A stretch of DNA of 64,000 nt from the human T2T-CHM13v2.0 reference genome, Homo sapiens. Shown here piece after piece: positions 16,295 to 28,451 of this stretch. The translations under genes were made by a program, and so were the position numbers. How positions within the stretch are numbered: position 1 is the stretch's first letter; every line of letters starts with the position of its first letter. Under the pieces are notes generated by a model that was given only the letters and a program-made list of their open reading frames with translations, was not told the DNA's origin and ran no database searches. Location of the stretch: NCBI RefSeq assembly GCF_009914755.1, contig NC_060938.1; one strand, given 5' to 3'.

Positions 16295-17210
16295 GCAGCC
16301 CACATTGACCAGGTCCCTGCTGACCAGACCCTGCACATCAGGTCCTCCCTGATGACACCCTCACTGATTAGACCCTCATGACCAGGCCCCACTAACAAGG
16401 CCCCCACTGCCGGGCACACAATGACAAGGACTCCACTGACCAGGACCTTACTGACAAGGACTCACTGACAAGGCCTCATGGACTATGTCCTTACTGACAA
16501 GTCCTCACTGACTAGGTCATTATTGACAAGGCCTCACTGATCAGGTTCCACTGATCATGAACTCATTCCCTGGCCCAAAGATGAGGCCCCACTGACCAGG
16601 CCTCCAGGGAACAGGTTGCCACTGATCAGGCCCCTAATAATGAGGCCTTATGTCACCAGATGCCCCTGACTGGGACCCTAGTGAGTAGACCCCACTGCAC
16701 TGGCACCAAATGCTGAGATTCCCGCTGACCAAGTCACCCTGTAGACCGGTGCTACAAAAGTCACCACTGACCAAGTCCTCTCTGACCAGGACACTACAGA
16801 TTAGGTCCCGCCGACAAGGCTGCCCTGACCAGGGCCCCACTGACAAGGGCCTCACTGATGAGGACACGCCCACCAGGGTCTGCTGACTAGGTCCCATGTG
16901 CCCCGTCCTGCACTGAGTAGCACCCCTTGACCTGGTCACCAGTGCCCCAGCCCATGCTGACCAGACCAGCACTAAGCCCCAGCTGACCAGGTCTCCACTG
17001 ATCAAGCCCCACAGCCCAGGTTTGCACTGACCAGACACCAAACAACTGGCAGCCAATAGGTCCCCACTCACCAAAACCCCCACTACTAGACCCCACTAAT
17101 GAGACCCTCTCTAAGCAGACCCCTGCTGACCACTATCCCACTAAATAGTCCTCACTGACCTAGGTCCACGGACCAGGCCCACACTGATCAGGCCCCTCCT
17201 AACCACACTG
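16295..17210 (+). repeat. Degenerate ~15-16 bp minisatellite (CCCCACTGACCAGG), array 1
   Basis: Dozens of cactgacc/cactgatc/cactaac + agg units. Confidence 0.88.
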
Positions 17211-17219
17211 GAAATCCAA

Positions 17220-18345
17220 GCGGCAATGACATGTTTCATATGGCAGAAGTTGGAACAAGACAGAGAGAGGAAAGAGGTTCCACAGCCTTTTAAACTACTA
17301 GATCTCATGAGAACTCACTCACTATCAGGAGGATGGCATTAAGGGCTTGGTGCTTTGCCATTTGTGAAGGATCCACTCCCACTTTTTATGATTAAAGCTT
17401 TTTCCACCTAGGCCCCGACTCTAACATTAGGGAGTGTACTTTCACATGAGCTTTGGAAGGGGCATAGAGAAAAACCGTATTATTCTGTCCCTGACCCCAC
17501 AAATCTCATGTCCTTCTCACATTGCAAGATACAGTCATGCCTTGCCAGCAGTCTCCCAAAGTCTTAACTCATTTCAGCATTAACTCAAAGTTACAAAGTG
17601 CAAAGTCTCATCTGGGTCAAGGCTACATTCTCTTTTGCCTACAAGTCTCTGAAATAAAAAGCAAGTTCACTGCGTCTAAGGTACAATGATGGTACAGGCA
17701 TTGTGTAAGCTTTCCATATCCAAAAGAGAGACATTTTCCAGAAAGCTTCTTATTTTTATCTGAGGCCCCCTCAGCCTGGCCTTCACTGTCCATGTTTTTG
17801 TCAGCATTCTTGTCACAGCCATTTAACCAGTCTCTAAGATGATCCAAAAATGTTCTCATCTGTCTTCTTTGGAGCCCTCCAAACTCTTCCAACCTCTACC
17901 CATTACCCAGTTCCGAAGTTGCTTCCACATTTTTAGGTATCTTTATAGCAGTGCTCCAGTCCTCATTTGACATTTTTGGTAAGATTTATCTTGAAAAAGA
18001 GGTTTAATTGGCTCATGGTTCTGCAGAGTGGACAGGAAGCTTAGTGCTTCTGCTTCTGGGGGGCCTCAGAAATCTTTCAATCATTGTGCAAGGTAATGAA
18101 AGAGTGAATTGTCTCACATGGCAAGAGGAAATCACGGAGAGTAGGGAGTGATATAGAGTTTTCAGTGGCCAGATCTCACGAGAAGTCACTCATGATTGTG
18201 AGGACAGTACCAAGGGGATGGTGCTGAACCACTCATGAGAAATTTGCCTTCATGATTCAATCACCTTATACCAGGATCCACCTCCAACATTAGGAAGCAT
18301 AATTCAACAAGAGATTTGGTGGGGACACATATTCGAATTGCCTCA
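17220..18345 (-). mobile_element. MSTB-type MaLR provirus: LTR - internally deleted int - LTR
   Basis: Two LTR remnants (17220-17482, 17978-18345); int ORF LRDWLNGCDKNADKNMDSEGQAE; internal jump ~17745. Confidence 0.85.
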
Positions 18346-19690
18346 TCAGTCTTTGAGTATAAAGACATCCATAGCAGGCTTTATCCAGCCAGCTTCTTTG
18401 GGATTCTTTATAGGGTTTCAGATCTATAGAATATCCACTAAAATATTCCTACTTCAAAAGGCAATAAAGTAAGTGGTATTATCATTCTTCAAAAAGTTAT
18501 AATGGTAGTGTAGGCATTCATAGTATGATTTAGTTCATTTGCTACTGTTTCTATTCTATCACCATATTAACACTTTCGTACACAATTCTATATTCAGCTG
18601 GGTTTCAGTTGAGCACAAAGTCATCCTTGTACTACCACCGATAGCTGGCACCAGCTCTTTGATACTGTTATCATTCTGCTGTAGAAAGTACCCGTGAACT
18701 GGAAAAAGTCCACACTCGAATAGCTAGTCATTCAACACTATCAAATTTTAGGTGACTTTTTGAAAAAATAGTATCTCTTGTTGCAAGAAATGCTCCATCT
18801 GTGATTTCAAGTCTCTCACTTGAGTGAATTGGATGGAAGTGGTGAATTTCAGCCAAAGTGGCCAAAGAAATCCTGTTCCTGTGATAATGACTCCATCAGC
18901 CTCTGCACCTCTGTCTTCCCTTCTGCCACATGTTGTCTGTTCTCCGTGACTTTGGTAAGAGCTTCCTTGTGTATGTGAATGATGTCCAGGATGTTTGTCT
19001 TGTGTCCCTGAGACAGCACTAACAGGTCCATGGCTGGGTCCAGGTCCTTCCTGGACTGACTGGCAAAGAGCTCACTGACAGAGTGGAAGGCATCTATACT
19101 GAAGTGGATGGCCTGGTCCAGCTCCAAGGCCTGGCTGAGGCTGAAGAAGAACTGTCAGGCTTCTGATGCTCTTTCTCAAAGCCTGCCACCACTCATTGGC
19201 TGTGAAGTTGACCTGAGTGCCCTGTTGTCCATCTTCTTGATGAAGCACTTGAAGCCATCAATCTTGCTCTCCCACTCCTAAAAGTTGAGTGTCACACTGG
19301 GGGTGGGCTCAGGGCCAGGAAGAATCTGGCACTCACCATCTCATCCTTCTCAGCCTTCCTCTTGCCCTGTCTCCAGGCTATCTCTTCAGTGCTGGTGGGG
19401 CACATCAGGAAGTGACAAAAAATGTGGCACTGCACCTGCATCCAGAAGCTGGCTGTGTGGTTCATCTGCAAGATTGGGCCCTTTCTGCACTTGAACATAG
19501 ATCCACTTCACCATAGATGCCTTCCACACTGTCAGTGAGCTCTTTGCCCATCAGCCCAGGCAGGATCTGGACCCAGTCATGGACCTGTTAGTGCTGTCTC
19601 AGGGACACCAGGTCAACATTCTGGACATCATCCACGTACACAAGGAAGCTCTTACCAGAGTCCTCCTCAAGATGGCCTGTGGTCTGCCTC
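18346..19690 (-). pseudogene. SNX18: SNX18 processed pseudogene (5'-truncated; PX end, BAR region, 3'UTR)
   Basis: Translates to QTTGHLEED / [33 protein letters not shown] / [30 protein letters not shown] / [16 protein letters not shown]; contiguous across the recalled SNX18 KG|ALTKV junction; many indels. Confidence 0.9.
19501..19662 (+). repeat. Inverted duplicate of SNX18P segment 18948-19109
   Basis: 162-bp arms, roughly 89% identical by eye; [31 protein letters not shown]. Confidence 0.93.
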
Positions 19691-19830
19691 TTGGCACCCG
19701 AGAAGCCCACAGTGCTGTAGAAGCCCCGATGCTTGGACTGGAGCCCCAAAGGCGGCACACACCCCAGTTCTGAGCCTGCTGCTCATTTCCTCTATGTGGC
19801 TCCATTTGCAGCACATTTGTTGCACTGAGA

Positions 19831-20169
19831 CCTGTGCATGCCAGGCAAAGCCAAGCTGGCTCAAAGAGCAACCACCCACCTCTGCAAGGGTGTGCCAGGA
19901 GCCAGTGGACCAGCCACCAACGTCACTCCCTGCCAGTCAGGGTAAATCAGTTATTCTGCCCTGGAGGTGGAGCCCCAGTGCCATCTGCTTTTCCTCAGGC
20001 CTCCACTCCATCAGCTGTCAGGTGGTGGTCACTCAGACTGTGGGAAACTGGCCATCCCTGTTTCCTTGAGTGCGTGAGGTTGGTGACTGCTCCACCTGCT
20101 ACTGGCATACCCTTGCAGAGGTGGCTGGTTGCTCTTTGAGCCAGCTTGGCCTTGCCTGGTATGCACAGG
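19831..20169. repeat. Inverted repeat, ~96-bp arms (19831-19926 / 20073-20169)
   Basis: cctgtgcatgccaggcaaagccaagctggctcaaagagcaacc... and its reverse complement; mirrored ORFs RQSQAGSKSNHPPLQG / RQGQAGSKSNQPPLQG. Confidence 0.92.
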
Positions 20170-20694
20170 CCCCAGGTACTGAGAAGCTGCTCCGAGTAAG
20201 TTTGTCTTGGGCCAAATTCTAAGTCTGGCCAGGGCCACAGAAGGCCGAGTCCCCTGGGTGGTAATCCTGGCTGCTGCAGGGGGGCCCATGGTCCCCCTCC
20301 CCTCCCAGGGCTCAGGATGAGGTCCGACTGGGACAGGATGCTTTAGGTATGGGACTTGTGCCCCAGGAGGGGACCTCTGTCACACACGTTGGGTGAGAAT
20401 ATGTATGGCATGCTGCTGGCTGCCAGGGCTGTTGGGATGCACGTTCACCCTTCCCTTCAGGGACCTCAAAGTGACCAGCTTCCCCTTTATGAGTGACTTC
20501 CCAAGGCCCAGGAGCCATTTGGGGCTGCAGAGCAGCTGGCTGCATGCTGCCCTGGCTTCTTCCATGTTGTGCTGGTCACTACCTACCAAGGGGTGTCAGA
20601 TGCAGGCACAATGTAGGACGATTGTCTCTGGGCCTGTGTCTTGGTTATCATGGAGCTAGACTGGGCCTGGTGACAGGGCCCTGATGGGGTTGTC

Positions 20695-20892
20695 CTGTGT
20701 GGTCACGGAGGTGATCAGAAAAGATGCAGAATGGAATTGCTGCGAGGATGAATGAGATGACTGTCAGCACATAACAGGCAGCTGGTGAGTGTTCAGGGAT
20801 TACCCTCAGTAGCTGCCCAGAGACCAAAACCATCCACCTGATAGTGACTTTTCCCAAGCCAGAAGGAAGAGAAAAGAGCAGGTCCCACTCAC
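20695..20892 (-). other. Canonical intron (CAG|GTGAGT ... cacacag|G), suggesting a spliced minus-strand transcript, possibly a FAM95-like lncRNA
   Basis: Consensus splice signals seen; the FAM95 link rests only on recalled adjacency of FAM95 genes to ANKRD18/20A copies. Confidence 0.4.
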
Positions 20893-21544
20893 CTGAATCT
20901 GATCAGTGAGCTGTGTTGAGATGTGCCTCTCATCTAGAAAATGGTCCTTCACGCAGAGCTACTCACAGACACTGCTGTGTGTCTCTAACTGCTCCACAAC
21001 ACAGAGGCGATGGGGACTCAGCAACAGTGACATTCTGGGGTGACACAACCCACCACCATGGGAGTCTGCTTGGGTCAACAGGGCCCAGAGTCCGTGTCCT
21101 CTATCCCCTGAACTGACATGTGTGTATGCAATGTATTTGTGTATGCATATATGCCTGTGTGTGTGTGAGTGTGTATGTGTGTGTTTGTCTTGCTTCTCTG
21201 GACAGGCCTAGCTTCTCCACTCATGGGTGCACCCAGGTCCTCATCACTGTCACCTTAGAGCATTAGAGCCTCTATAGGTGCTCCCCAATCTCTGCCCTCC
21301 CCACCCATGGTGGTCCTGGGGATGCAGACAGAGGAGGGGCACTGCATAATGCTGAGAGGGCTGGCACCCTCTCTAGGTGGAACACAGGTCATTTGTAAAG
21401 TTGTAGGTCTGCCAAGCAGTATTGGATTCAACACATCTTCTCACCTTCTCTTTCCAGCCACCCTCCAGGGTGCCCCGACTCACTTTCCCTGCAGATGGAG
21501 GCAAGGAGGCTCCACAGACAACCCCCCTGCCTGAGGTCACATAG

Positions 21545-22165
21545 TGGCCAGCAGGCCAGGTACTGACAAACTGCCCCTGACCAGGTTCCCAGTGATGAGT
21601 GATGAGACCCCTAATGACCACTCCTCCATTGACCAGGTCCCACTGATCAAGTCCCCACTGACCATGTCTTCCTAACCAGGCCCACACTTAATAGGCCTCA
21701 TGGGCCAGACCCCACTGACCAATTTTCCACTGACCTGGTCCCCATTGACAAGACAGGGTTCCCACTGACAAGACCACAATTTACCAGGTTGCTGCTCAAC
21801 CGACCCCCCACTGAACAATTCTCCATGAACGAGTACCCAGCTGACTGAGCCCCCTCTGACCAGGCCCTCACTGACCAGGCTCCAAGCCACTAAGGCCCCA
21901 CACTGACCAGGCCCGTGATATATTGTGTATGCCCCACCAACCAGTTTTTCATTGTTTATGTTCCAACAGATCAGGCCCCACTAATAAAGCCACCACTGAC
22001 TAGGTCCCCCCACTGACCAGGCTTCCAGTGACTAGGTCACCAGGTCCCCACTGATGAGGCCTTTACTGAGGAGGCCGCCACTAACCAGGCCCCTGCTGAT
22101 CAGGTCCCAAATGACCAGGTCCTGATGACCAGGTCATCTCTGACCATGGTCCACTGACCAGGCCC
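21545..22165 (+). repeat. Degenerate minisatellite (CCCCACTGACCAGG), array 2
   Basis: Same unit and orientation as array 1. Confidence 0.88.
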
Positions 22166-24724
22166 CGGAGCAACGGGGTTCAAAGTCTCATTGCAATGTC
22201 CCCCTCAGCTCATAGACCCTCCCTCCCTGCATGTGTGCCCAGAAGTCAGGCCCTGGGGTTTTTTTTTGGGACGTGGCCTTTCCTCCAAGACACAGGGAGA
22301 GACAGTTGGCCTCAGGCTCCAGGTTCCCAGCTCCACACTCACCCCAAAGGCCCTCTGGGCCCGTCTCAAAGGAGAAAGTGAGGTGGCCTGACACTGCCTG
22401 GACACACCATCTACCCTATTCCTGAGTGTCAGGGTGTGAGGAAGGGAGGGACATTTGGTAGATAAGGCACGCTGTGCTGTTGGGTCTCTCAGGGCCCTTC
22501 CCACAGAGCCCCGATCTAAAGACAGAACACAGAGGCTACAGGAAGACTAATCCAGAACCTCTGAGACAGCCAGGGACCACATGAGGACTCTCCCCAGACA
22601 GCCAGAAGGCCCTTTGCTAGTTTCTTGGTACTTCAGTGGATGTGGCAGTGGTTCTTCTGTTGGGAACCAGTGAGTACACACTGGGGAGGGCTCACCTGTG
22701 CTTCCTCAGTGGCTCCACCTCTGCTTCTAAAAAAAATGACTCATTCCAGAGCTGGCGCAGAGAAAATACAAGCTGAGCTTAGAACATCTTCTGCCAGAAA
22801 GTAAAAAAGTGCCGACAGAGTAATGGAGACAAATCAAAGAGACATAAAGTCAGCTTGGAATGTCTACTACTGGCCTAATCTTGGGGAATTGGAGCATCAG
22901 AATCATGAGCTTTCCTTCTCCCTTATTTATTGGTTTTATTTCTCCATGTAGAACAAAGAAGAGAATAAGAAAATAATCATCTGGTAACCATCATAGTAAT
23001 AATTGTTCAAACACAAGTCATCCATGAAATGCTAAATCTAGTGGGTTCTGAGGAGTAACCAGATATTTACAGAGCCTCAAAGTATCTCCATACAAAATAC
23101 GGTTGAACTACAAAAAGAAAATTGTAACATTAGCATGGACAAACCTGGCAGGTACTCCTTAACTCTCCTAAGTAATAAAAACTGTAAAATGCAAATAAGC
23201 CTTCGATGACCTTTACTAACCTTTACTAAAGTATCAGTGATGACTTGGTTGTTTAAACAGCTGACATTTGGGCAATTTGAGTATGTCAAACTCAATAATA
23301 CTGGTTTTCATTTGCAAGATCCACTTAAAACTTAAGGAGGCCAAAAAACATCATTTAAAATACCCTATAAATTATAATCATACATATGATACAAAAATAT
23401 CCTACTTCAGTAAATATTGGAATGTTATATATTTTATGAGAAACAATTAAAATGTGTAAATAGCCCAGTAATAAAGTTTTATAATCTTTTAAATCATCAT
23501 AGAATTTTTCCTTAAGACTTTATGGTTAAATATTCTCTTCATTAGATGTGGCTTACCCGTGGATTCTAGAGAAGAAAGTAGATGGGAGCAAGTGTCCAAT
23601 ACAGCAACAGCTGGAAAGAAAAATAAAGAATCTTGTTCTTTACCTAAAACACTTCAGTTAACTAAGTGTGAGTTTAAAAACTAAAGATTGAGAACTTTAT
23701 CAGAGTTAATAAGAATGAGAAATATGTATGTACATTTACAATACAAAATTACTATTTAATAATTTACACATGGCATTAATTCTAATTGTGTTTAAATATC
23801 AGAACTTTTTCAGTCTTCATTCATGTAATCAACAGCCACATGCTAAGGTACTAGAACCAGCACTGGAATTACAAGATGAAGATGGCATGGTCCACCTCTC
23901 AACAGTCATAAGCTATAACCTAAAAAACAGACAGGCAGGCAATGTCCATATAGAGTCATAGATACCGTGACAGGTATACAGCAGGGCACTACTGGAACAC
24001 AGAGAAGGGACATCTACCCACTTTTATGTCAATATCATGGGCTTTCTGGTGGAGGAGATAACATAGGTTGATACCTGAAGGACAAGGAAAAGCTTCCCAG
24101 ATAGAGGAAAGAGGCAAAGGCAAAGAGCCTGAGGTGAGGAAGAGCCCTGCAGAGTTCCACTCCATCCAGTTTGGTGCTAGAGCAAAGGGCAGAGTGCAGT
24201 AAGTGGTGAGAAACAAGGCTGAGTAACTTGGCAAGAATTACATTGACATGGGTGTTTTTATTTCATGGTGAAAAATTTGGAACTTTTCCTGAGAACAAGT
24301 GTAAGCCAATGACACAGTAAATTAGAGGAGATTTAAAATGTCACCTGTCAAGTGACTGCTTATGAAGGGTTATTGCTCAGCTAAGTATTTCTGAATGAGT
24401 CTTAGTCTGTTGGCCTTCAATCTCTACCGAAACCCTGAGAACTTGATGATGCTTTTGTTTTCTGAGAATCGTTTCAGTGTGCTGGCTGACAGTTCCATGA
24501 GGATGGCAAAACTTAAGAAACTGTAGAGCCAGTGAAAAAGAGATGCACAGACTTCTTGGGAACTGTTTAAGCTTAGGAACATGATGAATTTATGGTGCAT
24601 AAGTACAGTCTTCTCTGTGAAAGTTTTTGTTTTCACATCTTTCATTAGATGTGTGTAAGAAAAAAATATTGATGTAGTATCTACTAACCCAAGAATGAAA
24701 AGGAATGCCATTTGCTATTTACAC

Positions 24725-24820
24725 TTTATTTCTAAAATAAACCTAAATTTAATTAATAAATTTTGTCAACGTACTTCTCTTTGTTTCTCTAATTATTTAT
24801 TCTACACAGTCCAGCCCCAT
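24725..24820 (-). pseudogene. ANKRD18B-like last coding exon, MGLDCVE*IIRETKRSTLTKFIN*, plus AATAAA
   Basis: attttag|ATGGGG; premature TAA 24797-24799; stop 24749-24751; AATAAA 24725-24730. Confidence 0.82.
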
Positions 24821-25126
24821 CTAAAATAAGTAAAAATAATAATAATGTCTAAATTAAACAAGAAACATTATCATGAAAATCATGTATCACTTACAAAATG
24901 TGGCCTTTAGTATTTTTAGTGACTAGACATAACTTGAAGTTTGCTTAAATAGAAAAATAATCACATAAATAAAATAAAATTTCTACTTATTTTAAGTTTA
25001 GATAACAGAGGATGTATATGTGTAATGCTGTTTAGAGTAATCTGACAAAAATGCAGTTAATATTGATCTATTGCATATACATGATTTTAGAAAGGTAGTG
25101 TTTTATTAGTACAAAGGTTAAACAAT

Positions 25127-25477
<351 letters not shown>

Positions 25478-25574
25478 TTAGAAAACTTTGCCCTTTATAA
25501 AAGTTTAATCCATTTTTTACTTCAATAAATTTGATCTTAAAAAGAAATTTCTGTTCTCTACTTATAGTAAACTT

Positions 25575-26750
25575 TTCTTTTTTTTTTCTAGTTTGTATTC
25601 TAAATTAACGTGGTACCTCTGTAAGTTTCTTCCAAAGGCATATTGAGGGATACCGAGGTTTGCAGTACAATTAAACCCATCACACAGGTTGTGAGCATAG
25701 GACCCAAGAAGTAGTTTTTCAACCCTGGCTCACTCTGTCCCTCCCCATTCTTATTTCCCAGTGTCTATTATTCCCACCTTTATGACAATGTGCACCCAAT
25801 ATGTAGCTCCCACATGAGTGAAAACATGAGATATTTGGTTTCTGTTTCTGTGTTGGTTTGCTTAGGAGAGTGGATTCCAGCTGTATTCATGTTGCTGCAA
25901 ATGATGTGATTTTGTTCTTTTCATGGCTGCATAGTATTCCATGGTATATATGGAATTTTCCAATCTACCTTGGATTTTCAATCTACCTTGGATGTACCTG
26001 GATTGACTCCACGTCTTTGCTATTGTGAATAGTGCTGCAATGAACATACATGTGTATACATCTTTTTGTTACAATGATTTATTGTCCTTTCGGTATACCC
26101 CTAGTATAGTAATGGGGTTGCTGCATCCAACAGTCATTCTTAGTTCTTAATTTCCAAACTGCTCTCCATAGTAGCTGAATTAATTTACATTGCCACAAAC
26201 GGTTTGTGTTCCCTTTTCTCCACAGCCTCCCCAACATCCTTTTTTAAGTTTTTATTTATTATTTGTTTTTAACAAAAGTCATTGTGACTGGTGTGAAATG
26301 GTATCTCATTGATGTTTTGTGTGGCATTTTTCTGATGATTAGCAATGGTAAGCATTTTTTAATGTTTGTTGGCCACTTACGTGTGTTATTTTGAGAACTG
26401 TCTGTTCATGTCCTTTGCCCATTTATAATGGTCTTATTTATTTTTTGCTTGTTGATTTGTTTAGGTCTCTTATGGATTCTGGATAATAGGCGTTTGCTAT
26501 ATCCATACTTTGTGAATATTTTCTTCCATTCTTTTAGGCTTTCTGTTTAATCTCGTGATAGTTTCTCATGCTGTGCAGAAGCTATTTAGCTAAATTAGAT
26601 CACACTTGTCAATTTTTGTTATTCTTGCAATTGCTTTTGAGGACTTAGCCATAAATTAATTGACAAATATGATATCCAGAAGAGTATTTCCTAGGTTTTT
26701 TCCAGGATTTTTATAGTCAGAAGATGTACTCTTATGTAAAGAAAGCACAA
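25575..26750 (-). mobile_element. L1PA15/16-like 3' end
   Basis: ORF2 C-terminus [13 protein letters not shown]; 3'UTR cccatcacacaggttgtgagcatag. Confidence 0.82.
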
Positions 26751-26753
26751 ACC

Positions 26754-27048
26754 TTTTTTTTGTTTTGTTTTGAGACAGAGTCTCCATCACCAAGGCTATA
26801 GTGCAGTGGTATGATCTTGGCTTACTGCAACCTCTGTCTCCTGGGTTCAAGTGATTCTTCTGCCTCAGCCTCCTGAGTATCTGAGATTACACATGCCTGC
26901 CAACACGCCTTGCTAATTTTTGTATTTTTACTAGAGACAGGTTTCATCATGTTGGCCAGGCTGGTCTCAAACTCCTGACGTCAGGTGATTCACCTGCCTC
27001 GGCCTCCCCAAATTTTGGGATTACAAGTGTGAGCCACCATGCCTGGCC
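26754..27048 (-). mobile_element. Alu (S-like)
   Basis: Alu consensus; aagcacaaa flanks. Confidence 0.93.
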
Positions 27049-27230
27049 AAGCACAAAGCTTTTAAAATAAAAAGGGAAATGAACATTTTAGTGTTTTGTT
27101 TAATTCATAAAATGCAATTATTTTGGATTCTACTAAATAATAAACATCCATATGTGGCAAAGTGGATGCTAATCATTCAGTCGTGATTATGGGTGGGAAG
27201 AATTGAGATGGTGCAAATAAACTTTTTTAA

Positions 27231-27530
27231 TTTTTTTTTTTATTTTCAAGATGGAGTCTTGCCCTGTCACCCAGGCTGGAGTGCAGTGGTGCAATCTCAG
27301 CTCCTGCAACCTCCGTCTCCCAGGTTCAAGCAATTCTCTGCCTCAGCCTTCCTAGTAGCTGGGATTACAGGTGCCCACCACCACACCAGGCTAATATTTT
27401 TTTTGTACTTTTAGTAGAGTTGGGGTTTCACCATCTTGGCCAGGCTGGTCTTGAACTCCTGACCTCGTGATACACCTGCCTCAGCCTCCCAAAGTGCTGG
27501 GATTACAGGCATGAGCCACCACACCTGGCT
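27231..27530 (-). mobile_element. Alu (S-like)
   Basis: TSD ggtgcaaa[t/g]aaacttt. Confidence 0.93.
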
Positions 27531-27558
27531 GGTGCAAAGAAACTTTAAAAGTGGCATG

Positions 27559-27879
<321 letters not shown>

Positions 27880-28230
27880 CTATAATCAATTAGAAAGTAA
27901 GCCAGACCATCTCAAAGTATATCATCACTTATCAGGCAATAACATGCAATTTCTAAAACCTAACTTAAATGCAGCTTTTAAAGACATTTCAAACATGTCA
28001 GTTTAGTCACATTTATTGAATAAAGTTAGCAAATGGATATCTCTTGAAAATGAGAGCTCCAGGGAATTAAAAAATGTAAAGTTCCCATTTCCTTTCTGTG
28101 TTAACACAGCTAATTGTGATCTTTACTTCACATGCAAAAGTCAACAGAACAACTCAGTATTTCACCAAATTATAAACAAGAATTACGCTAGAGAAATGAA
28201 ACCCTAAAGAGAAACGGTCATATAACTAAC

Positions 28231-28451
<221 letters not shown>

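Larger units (their letters stand above)
16085..22421 (-). pseudogene. Putative highly decayed RALGDS/RGL-like gene relic
   Basis: Colinear motif remnants: RAQRAFG|gt, LC[IM]PG..LAQRA, FPQ.LV..HLT.LM, HCL..IAQ..LGDP..QD..RARV.LERW; alignment by eye across frameshifts. Confidence 0.5.

Noticed and set aside
16634-17083. 149-aa ORF
   Set aside because: Translation of the GC-rich minisatellite (repeated DLVSG); no homology recognised.
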